A DNA stretch of 58,510 nt from contig JBIIDM010000003.1 of assembly GCA_044238365.1 (NCBI GenBank), positions 1 to 58,510 of the forward strand, read 5' to 3'. The translations under genes and the position numbers were made by a program. The first letter of the stretch is position 1, and every line of letters begins with the position of its first letter. Source of the stretch: Bdellovibrionota bacterium. Its GTDB lineage: Bacteria; Bdellovibrionota_C; UBA2361; JBIIDM01. Shown one piece after another: positions 19,222 to 26,497 of the stretch. Below the pieces are notes generated by a model. The model saw only the letters and a program-made list of their open reading frames with translations. It was not told the origin of the DNA and searched no databases.

Positions 19222-20034
19222 TTAAAAGGGTATTGGTAAGTTTGTGGTTCTCCAGCCAAAGAAAAATAGCAGCTTCCACCGATTATAAGATGACTGGTTT
19301 ACAGGTGATTCGAAGGTTCCTACGTATGACCCTGCGGGGTTCTCAAGCATCAGTACTGATACTTTTGCTCTTCCAAACTGAGAATGTAATCCTAAGAGAG
19401 CGAGTTCAGGGGTATTCACCGTCCCGACATTCGGCATCGGTATCGGGATTGATGGAATACCAAAAGTGTATTGATTATCGTCAACTTCTGCATAATGTAG
19501 CGTTGGGTAGATATGGTAGCGAGCGGCTTTAGCCGAGGAAGCCAACACGTACCCTCTTTCAAGCATGTGTTTAAGCAAGGCGTTATGAGCATCGTCGGCG
19601 GCGACCGGTTTCCGGATGTCTTCCGTCGAGACGATCATGTTTATCCGGCTGGCGGCTGTAATAGAGAGAGGTTGAATATAAAACGAATTGCGGATAGCTG
19701 GCCTCGGACTGCCAATCGTGGAAGGCTTCAATGTTGGTTCGGGAATCTGGATGGAGCCGACGGCATCTCGAATTGCCTTTGATACGAGCGCCGCTTCTAC
19801 CGCGCTGTGCACTGTTGTTGTTGCGCGAGTGACTCCGCAGCCGGTCAGTGAACCTGTGGTGATAAAGATCAGTGTTGCTGTGATCGCGCAGATAAGAACA
19901 AGGTTCTGGCCTTTTGCAGGGAGCTCCTTTCTATACCCCGCGACCGAATAATCGCGCGACCGAAATGCATTCTTCTCGACGAATAATAGAATAGGAATAT
20001 AGAAGTGTGACTTACGTGATGATTCCGGCTGCAT
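19222..20034 (-). CDS. Putative lipoprotein / membrane-anchored protein
   Basis: Hydrophobic segment ending in lipobox-like SLTGC, about 65 aa from the annotated ATG. 12 nt upstream of the RCK gene. Start uncertain. Confidence 0.5.
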   Translation of the reverse strand: MQPESSRKSHFYIPILLFVEKNAFRSRDYSVAGYRKELPAKGQNLVLICAITATLIFITTGSLTGCGVTRATTTVHSAVEAALVSKAIRDAVGSIQIPEPTLKPSTIGSPRPAIRNSFYIQPLSITAASRINMIVSTEDIRKPVAADDAHNALLKHMLERGYVLASSAKAARYHIYPTLHYAEVDDNQYTFGIPSIPIPMPNVGTVNTPELALLGLHSQFGRAKVSVLMLENPAGSYVGTFESPVNQSSYNRWKLLFFFGWRTTNLPIPF

Positions 20035-20512
20035 GGTTTGGAGCTCTCTAAATTCCGGTGATGGTTTCTAACATCTTAAAAATGCTATGTTTTAATGGGA
20101 GTGTCAAGAGCGCTGTTACTTTCATTTAAAAAGTACTATAAGGACGCTCAAAAGCAAATAAAGGTTTCCAAATGGTTCTTATGACAGCTAAAAATCGATC
20201 AGTCTGTTAAAATTATAGTGGTGGTATAACAGAAGAGCGGTACATGGGTGTTATATACTTCTCGCGGTCAGGTTTTCGGTTTTTAAGCTCAGAGCCCCTT
20301 CGCCATCCATTCCAAAATGATTGTGTTATGGCGTCCCAGTTGAGTGCAGTCGCGGGTTTTAGGAAACCGAACACTTGACCGCAGTGGAGTATATGAGGTT
20401 GTTTCGCAGATATCTTGTAGACCTTATTATCTGTAATAGTGGCAAATTTTCCAGAAAGCAGAGTCTGGTGTGCAAGGTATACTTATTTCAATTGAATTAC
20501 TGATGATGTACT

Positions 20513-20959
20513 ATGAATAGTCTTTTTTCGAGAGCTGCTGGGCAATTAGGAGATTGCTATATGGATTCTATTGTCATAAGCACTACCGATTATGAGCAGC
20601 CGTACGATCATGTTCATCATTCTAATATTATCCGTTTATTGGAGGCGAGCCGAAATCGCTTTTTAGAAGATCATGGAGAGTCGTTCCAGAAGTGGTATGA
20701 TCTCGGGATTGCCATGGTAATTTCATCAATCTCAGTTCATTATCTGCGTGAAATTCGAGAAGGGAATTACCGAGTTCGAGTTGCGGTTACCAGATTTACC
20801 GATAGTGTGTGCGAGTTTGCGCAAGAGATAGTCAATTCAAAAAACAAGATTGCCGTTAGGGCCACTGTTGAGGTCGCCTTCATGTCACTCCAGCAGCGGA
20901 GGGGAGTCAAAAGCCCCGACGAACTACGGTCGGGTATTCCTGTTCAGGGGTCTTTTTAA
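20513..20959 (+). CDS. Hotdog-fold acyl-CoA thioesterase (4HBT/YbgC-like)
   Basis: ..STTDYEQPYDHVHHSNIIRLLEASRNRFLEDHG.. has typical 4HBT spacing. An alternative start is at MDSIV (~20561). Confidence 0.6.
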   Translation: MNSLFSRAAGQLGDCYMDSIVISTTDYEQPYDHVHHSNIIRLLEASRNRFLEDHGESFQKWYDLGIAMVISSISVHYLREIREGNYRVRVAVTRFTDSVCEFAQEIVNSKNKIAVRATVEVAFMSLQQRRGVKSPDELRSGIPVQGSF

Positions 20960-20972
20960 AAATCTGCTATAG

Positions 20973-21151
20973 AACCTGAGTTCGACGTAAGAACTGCGGT
21001 AAATGGTTGAAATTACTTCATCCACTTCGTTGCTCATGATATAAAATGCTCGACGTAGCAAGCTTCAGCGCCTGCGCTTTTATATCACTGCACGCCTCTT
21101 GTCTAAAGCAATTTCAACCATTTACCTTTGTTCTTACGTCGAACTCAGGTT
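20973..21151 (-). mobile_element. Family A MITE, full copy A4 (179 bp, inverted orientation)
   Basis: Same TIRs and interior as A2 in reverse. Flanks TAG/AAG (2 of 3). Sits between convergent genes and abuts a D-family half element. Confidence 0.9.
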
Positions 21152-21154
21152 AAG

Positions 21155-21223
21155 AATATTATTTTCGGCAAAATCTTCAGCACCTTAACCACTATGGTGG
21201 TGCGGGCTCGTGAATAATCCAGG
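21155..21223. mobile_element. Family D half element (D1, right ~70 bp)
   Basis: ..attttcggcaaaatcttcagcaccttaacc..ggtggtgcgggctcgtgaataatccagg matches the right half of D3. The left half is replaced by A4. Confidence 0.6.
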
Positions 21224-21230
21224 ATAGCGC

Positions 21231-21974
21231 CTACTTAACGTGGAATGACGTGCCGGGTGCGATTATCAAGGGATTGCAGTCGAGCGCTCTGCATTCTTCG
21301 CTAAACTGTTCAGGAGTGCCGGTGAGAAGTGGAAAGGTAGTATGGTGGATTGGAATATTCCATTTGGAACCAATCAATTTTGCGGCACAGGCGGCTTCTT
21401 TTGGTCCCATCGTAAATCGGTCACCACACGGGAGGAACGCATAATCTGGGGCATACGTTGTAGCAATCAGTGCCATATCGGAGAAAAGTGCGGTATCTCC
21501 GGCGTGGTAGAAGGAGCACCCAGGGGTTGAAATCACGACCCCACACGCTTCCCCTGCATATCGCGGTCCTTGTGCAGTATCAAATGAACTTGAATGGAGG
21601 GCGTGGGTAAGGGTGACTCTAAGTACAGGCTCGCTCTGATCGGTTGTGTTGATCGTAACCGTACCGCCCTTATTCATCGGGACAATTTTGTCCTCTGGGT
21701 ATCCTTCATTTTTGAGCAGCATCGCCAGTTCATAGGTGGCATACAAAGATGCACCGTACCGTTTCCCTAGTCTCACTGCGTCATCGGCATGGTCAGAATG
21801 TCCGTGAGTGAGAACGATAGTGTCGATTCGTTCAGGATTTTTGAGAGCATCCGGGCAGAGCGGATTTGTTTTAAGCCACGGGTCGATTGCCAGTAGATGA
21901 CTGACGCCTTCAAGGAATACAGCTGAGTGACCGGCGTAGGTGATGGAGTTGAAGTAGTGTGATACTGTGGTCAT
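21231..21974 (-). CDS. MBL-fold metal-dependent hydrolase (UPF0173-like)
   Basis: LTHGHSDHADD motif, later HAGDT; ~247 aa. Confidence 0.7.
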   Translation of the reverse strand: MTTVSHYFNSITYAGHSAVFLEGVSHLLAIDPWLKTNPLCPDALKNPERIDTIVLTHGHSDHADDAVRLGKRYGASLYATYELAMLLKNEGYPEDKIVPMNKGGTVTINTTDQSEPVLRVTLTHALHSSSFDTAQGPRYAGEACGVVISTPGCSFYHAGDTALFSDMALIATTYAPDYAFLPCGDRFTMGPKEAACAAKLIGSKWNIPIHHTTFPLLTGTPEQFSEECRALDCNPLIIAPGTSFHVK

Positions 21975-22110
21975 AATTGAATCAATAATAGGCTGTTGGA
22001 GGATAATTTATTTGAGCTGCTTCGAACAATTGTACAAGCAAATCAAATTAGATGCGGAGAGCAACGTTTAAAAATTTCTTAGAGGTTCACTGCTGTATTA
22101 TCTGTGGGAG

Positions 22111-22140
22111 TTATACCGGTTCCACTTCAAAAAGTCATAA
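22111..22140 (+). mobile_element. Family B terminal fragment (B2)
   Basis: ttataccggttccacttcaaaaagtcata matches the B1/B4 left ends. No matching right end was seen before C2. Confidence 0.45.
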
Positions 22141-22213
22141 TTAGTAATGCCAGAGCGTAGAGTAACTGCGGCGGAGAGTAGATATGCGCGCTGATCCAAC
22201 CGCAGGGCCTATT

Positions 22214-22341
22214 TATAGTAATCTTCAAAAATAATAAAGTATTAAAGATTACTATAACGACTCGCGGAGGCGAGTCAAAACAAACACATAGCCATCGCCG
22301 AGATGCGACTCAAAACCACATTATTTTTGACGATGGCTATA
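22214..22341 (+). mobile_element. Family C element (C2, 128 bp)
   Basis: See C1. Flanked by TA/TA. Confidence 0.8.
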
Positions 22342-22500
22342 ATAAGGTAACCTATCTCATGGAGATTCTGTTGTTGGCAAATCTCGGCTTCCAGAGTGCG
22401 GCAAAAATCCTATAAATAACTGCGTTATTTTAACTTTTTCGGCGACACGCTTGGAACCCGGTCTGGCTCACCATGGAAATCCCATAAATTATCCGACTTA

Positions 22501-23328
22501 TTACAAAGACTCAACGGGCAGTAGATATCCTCGCGATATGCCATCAGCACGAGTGGGGAGAGAAAACGACACTGTTTCGCCAAGAGTAATGTTACCGCAG
22601 CAGATCCCCGATACCACCCACGGGTATATTTCGTGTTCCTTCTTAAGGACTCTCTTGGAGAGTAGGTCTGGGGTCTCGTTTGCGTCTATTTTCATTGCGG
22701 CCTGAGCGATGATCGGGCCGGCGTCAACTTCAGGGATCACCAGATGGACCGAACAACCGTGTTGGGTTACGCCATGTGCTAAGGCGCGTTCATGGGTGTT
22801 TAGCCCGGGAAAAGCCGGTAATAACGAAGGGTGTATATTGATTATTTTGGGGAAGAGCTGCTCAGTAAAAGCAGGCGGAAGGACTTTCATGAAACCGGCC
22901 AGACACACCAGGGTTGGCTGTACTTCAAGAACGCGGTCAAGAAGGTGCGCAAAAAATCGATTTTTTGAGTTGAATGAGGATCGGTCGGGTAGAACGATAG
23001 TATCTATGCCGCGCTCCTGTGCCCATGCCAGACCTGCAGTCGATGGATTGTCGGAAATTACCCGAATAACTGAGTAATTTCCTGCTTGGCCAGTGATGCT
23101 TCTTTCGGTAGCTTCGCTGTGAGCATGTTCGACAAGGGCCATCATGTTGGATCCTCGACCTGAGATTAGGACGACAACAGGGGCAGGGGGTCGTTGTGTC
23201 CCCCCTCTGCCGCCATCATCCTCGCATGATTCAGCGCAAGCTGCACTGCCTGTTAATGTGCTCACGAATTGATCCTTTTTAAATGTCAATGATACTCTCC
23301 TGGTAACCTGAGTTCGACGTAAGAACAA
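22501..23328 (-). CDS. purN: Phosphoribosylglycinamide formyltransferase
   Basis: VVVLISGRGSNMMAL, FMKVLPP, INIHPSLLPAFPG and HLVIPEVDAGPII motifs. The ORF-track start (TTG 23328) lies inside MITE A5, so the true start is uncertain. Confidence 0.85.
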   Translation of the reverse strand: MFLRRTQVTRRVSLTFKKDQFVSTLTGSAACAESCEDDGGRGGTQRPPAPVVVLISGRGSNMMALVEHAHSEATERSITGQAGNYSVIRVISDNPSTAGLAWAQERGIDTIVLPDRSSFNSKNRFFAHLLDRVLEVQPTLVCLAGFMKVLPPAFTEQLFPKIINIHPSLLPAFPGLNTHERALAHGVTQHGCSVHLVIPEVDAGPIIAQAAMKIDANETPDLLSKRVLKKEHEIYPWVVSGICCGNITLGETVSFSLPTRADGISRGYLLPVESL

Positions 23329-23482
23329 AGGTAAATGGCTAAAATTGCTTTAGACACGAGGTGTGCAGTGATATAAAAGCGCAGGCTGACAGCTTGCTAC
23401 GTCGAGCATCTTATATCATGAGCAACGAAGTGGATGAAGTAATTTTAGCCATTTACCGCAGTTATTACGTCGAACTCAGGTT
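23305..23482 (+). mobile_element. Family A MITE, full copy A5 (178 bp)
   Basis: TIRs and interior as A2. Flanked by GGT/GGT. Overlaps the 5' end of the purN ORF by 24 nt. Confidence 0.9.
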
Positions 23483-23736
23483 GGTAATACACTTAGTACA
23501 TAGGTTTTTCAAGGTGGAGTTTTTTATGGAAATATAGTATGTCGGATACGTTCAGTTAAATTAGCTTATCTGGTCATACTATAGTTTCTTCTGCCTGATT
23601 TCTGGAAGCAAGTTTCAACACCAATCAAACTTATTCACGAGGTCGCGCAAAGATGGAGCATGTTGCCTGAATAATTTTGCCCACGTTTTTTAAGCATGCA
23701 CGCGCCGTCGGCGTTTGCCCGGGGTAGTTTGTTTTA

Positions 23737-24900
23737 ATGATTGTGGTATTGCTAGTGAATGTTTACTCGGGTATTGAAAGTCAAAAATGGCTGATAGTTG
23801 GTGGGGGACTTGCAGGATTTTTAGTAGCCCGTGAGGCGCTGAACTGCGGGGTTAAGGTGACCATCTGTGACCCTTTCCCGGGCCGCAATGCCCCGCCTGC
23901 TGGAGTTCTTCATCCGTATCCGGGACGACGATTCGTTCAGAGCATCTTCGAGGTTGAAGCCTTTGCTCAGGCGCAACGAGTTTATTCCGATTTGGCTCGG
24001 AATGAGTGTGTCAAGGTCAAGAGAAGTCTGCCTGTGGTAAGGCCGACTGAAGGTCAGGCGTCGAAGACCATACAGCACTCCGAAGACAAATTTGATAGAA
24101 AGTACCTAAATCAGACAGAAGTTGAGGGGCTTTGGCCGGAATTTAATGCGCCGCACGGAGCAATTACGTACAATTCGGGGATGGTGATAGATGTCGGGGC
24201 ATTAGTGAAAACGTTGGTGCTTCAAAGTGCAGGAGCGGGGGCTCAAATAATTCCCTTTTTGGCCGAATCCCTAGAGAAGCGTGGCAATGGCTGGTATGCC
24301 CACGGTGATTTTGGAGAAGTTGGTCCATTTAGTGCGGTAGTCTGCGCCGTCGGATCAGAACACAACTCGCTACTGAACTGTAAGGCAGCAAGCAGAAATT
24401 TTGGAAGTCTGGCACTTTACTCCGACGACGAGCTCGACGACGAATTTCAGGTAATAGTTAGTAGTCGTGGTCATTTTGCACCTCTTCCGGGCGGTGGCTA
24501 TGTTATAGGGTCCACGTATATTCATCTGGATGACGTGGGCGCTGTGCCGGTTTGGCGCGAGACTAGTGAGGCTGAGCACCTAGCCGGTATTAGGAACCGA
24601 CTTTTGAGATATCAGCACCTCGGCGAGGCGGGTATGCAGTTGTGGCATGGATCGAGGGCTACTGTGCCACAGGACAAGCAGCCGATTGTTGGCTTATTGA
24701 GCAGCAAGGCAGATGGTGGACTCTGGATGATCGGTGGTTTGGCGTCTAGAGGCCTGTTTTGGGCGCCATGGCTGGCGACGACTCTAGTAGGGGCGATGCT
24801 TGGTAAATCTGCGAAGTCGTTGCCCACGGTTTTTGCTCCGGAGCGGTTGAAGGGGTTTGACAGGGGAAGGTTTGAGGATCGGAGTGTGGTGTTGAGATAG
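23737..24900 (+). CDS. FAD-dependent oxidoreductase (DAO family)
   Basis: N-terminal dinucleotide fold WLIVGGGLAGFLVAREAL; 387 aa; DAO-like C-terminus (..GGLASRGLFWAP..). Confidence 0.65.
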   Translation: MIVVLLVNVYSGIESQKWLIVGGGLAGFLVAREALNCGVKVTICDPFPGRNAPPAGVLHPYPGRRFVQSIFEVEAFAQAQRVYSDLARNECVKVKRSLPVVRPTEGQASKTIQHSEDKFDRKYLNQTEVEGLWPEFNAPHGAITYNSGMVIDVGALVKTLVLQSAGAGAQIIPFLAESLEKRGNGWYAHGDFGEVGPFSAVVCAVGSEHNSLLNCKAASRNFGSLALYSDDELDDEFQVIVSSRGHFAPLPGGGYVIGSTYIHLDDVGAVPVWRETSEAEHLAGIRNRLLRYQHLGEAGMQLWHGSRATVPQDKQPIVGLLSSKADGGLWMIGGLASRGLFWAPWLATTLVGAMLGKSAKSLPTVFAPERLKGFDRGRFEDRSVVLR

Positions 24901-24954
24901 CTGTAAGGGTATTTTTTGGGCATGGTTAGGAACGTTAGGGAGCCGTTGTTGTCG

Positions 24955-26100
24955 TCAATTCGTGATCCCACCATGCCAAAGCTCAGCAAGAAACTGCTTT
25001 ACCGGGAAAACTTCAAACGTTCCATCTATCACTCTTCTCTCTTGGTCCAACGAAACAACTATATATCGATTAAAAATCCCTTCTTCTTTGAGGGCTTTTA
25101 GTCCTTTCAGAGTCCGTTCTGTGACTGAGGATGTAGACTTAATTTCGATAGCGACTTTGTTCCCTATTAAGAGATCTACTTCATATTGAGAGGTAGTGCG
25201 CCAATAGCTAAGCTTGTCCGCGAGCCGATAATACGACAAATATGCCCTGACCTCCGAGACGATCAAATGCTCTAGCGCACTTCCGAATGCTTCGCTCTTC
25301 TCAAGTATCGTGCCACGTTGGCCAAGTGTATTAGCGATGCCAATATCAAATAAGTAGTGCTTAGCACGGGTAATACCTTTACGTTTCTTACTTTTGGTGA
25401 ATCCTGGCAGCACAAAACCAATAAGTGTATCCTCAAGTATCTGAAAGTAGTTTTTGATTGTGGTCGTTGAAGCCTGGCAATCATTGGCAAATGATTCGTA
25501 GTTGATTTCGTGGCCGTTGCTAAGCCCTGCCATATCAAGAAATTCAGCAAAAGCATTGACATTTCTGGTTAATGCTTCAGCTTGAATTTCTTCTTTTAAG
25601 TATGTTCCAATGTAATTCTTCAACTCTTCTTCTGGATATTTACTTAGGACAACTTGGGGCAGAGTCCCGTAATTAAGTATTTTAAGAAGATCGTAATCAG
25701 GTATCTCTGCCGTAACCAGCGGAAATAGAGCGGCTGTCCAAGCTCGTCCAGCCAATAAATTTGCGCCTCCCCGTCTAAGCTTACGCGCACTACTTCCTGT
25801 TAACAAAAATCTTAAGCCTCGGTTCTCTATTAGTCTATGCACTTCATCAAGTAGTGTGGGAATTTTTTGAATCTCATCAATGACTATTATCTGATTAGTA
25901 TCGATACAGCGCTCGTCGATAATCTTAGGCCGAATTACTAATGATCGGTACACCTGAGCGTCCAAAAGGTCGTAAACGACCGCGCCCTGAAGCTGGTCTT
26001 TTATAAGACGGGATTTTCCTGTGCTTCTAGGTCCAAAGAGAAAAAAGGACTTTTTGTTTAATAAGTCAGGGAGGTTAAGGATTCTATTAAAATGGATCAT
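24955..26100 (-). CDS. AAA+ ATPase with C-terminal DUF4143 (PD-(D/E)xK-like) domain
   Basis: Walker A FLFGPRSTGKS and Walker B-like IIVIDEIQ. C-terminal YEVDLLIGNKVAIEIKS nuclease-like motif. Spot GC is clearly below that of the neighbours. Confidence 0.8.
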   Translation of the reverse strand: MIHFNRILNLPDLLNKKSFFLFGPRSTGKSRLIKDQLQGAVVYDLLDAQVYRSLVIRPKIIDERCIDTNQIIVIDEIQKIPTLLDEVHRLIENRGLRFLLTGSSARKLRRGGANLLAGRAWTAALFPLVTAEIPDYDLLKILNYGTLPQVVLSKYPEEELKNYIGTYLKEEIQAEALTRNVNAFAEFLDMAGLSNGHEINYESFANDCQASTTTIKNYFQILEDTLIGFVLPGFTKSKKRKGITRAKHYLFDIGIANTLGQRGTILEKSEAFGSALEHLIVSEVRAYLSYYRLADKLSYWRTTSQYEVDLLIGNKVAIEIKSTSSVTERTLKGLKALKEEGIFNRYIVVSLDQERRVIDGTFEVFPVKQFLAELWHGGITN

Positions 26101-26108
26101 GACTACGG

Positions 26109-26160
26109 AACATCACTTAATATGTTGATTTATATGATATTCAACATATTAAGTGATGTT
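26109..26160. promoter_or_regulatory. Perfect 20-bp inverted repeat (12-nt spacer) 9 nt upstream of the AAA+ gene start
   Basis: aacatcacttaatatgttga-tttatatgatat-tcaacatattaagtgatgtt. Candidate operator or 5' leader hairpin. Confidence 0.4.
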
Positions 26161-26341
26161 TGGTTTTTTGTACAAGGAGATTCTGTGGGTGGTGCTAAGG
26201 TATCAGAAATTACTATTGTAACTGAACTTTGTGATCCGCCGAATATTTAGAGTTGAATATGTAAAAAGTATAATAGCAAAAGAGTCTGCAATTGCCCAGA
26301 GGGAATAGGAGCACCCACTTACTGCAGTTCTGACGACGAGC

Positions 26342-26497
26342 TTAAGTCGAATAGGTTGTAGTTATTTCACTTCTGTCGCAGGAGTACACCGCCTGTTCAT
26401 CAGTGATTTCGTCGGGGATCGGCGCGAGGTTCGCCACGGCGTTGTTGACGTGAAAGTACTCGGCAAAACTACCGTCCTTAACATTCGCATCATCATT
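26342..26497 (-). pseudogene. Internal fragment of a Zn-dependent (MDR) alcohol dehydrogenase
   Basis: Manual translation: NDDANVKDGSFAEYFHVNNAVANLAPIPDEITDEQAVYSCDRSEITTTYST*. It matches the ADH segment DGG(F/Y)AEY..V....L..IPD.L..E.AA...CAG.TTY. It lacks both the catalytic N-terminus and the Rossmann fold. Confidence 0.5.

Noticed and set aside
23625-23650. Short match to the family D terminus (cttattcacgaggtcgcgc) upstream of the FAD oxidoreductase gene. A B-like end lies at 20476-20498.
   Set aside because: Both matches are too short and degenerate to call by eye. They may be decayed repeats but need alignment statistics.
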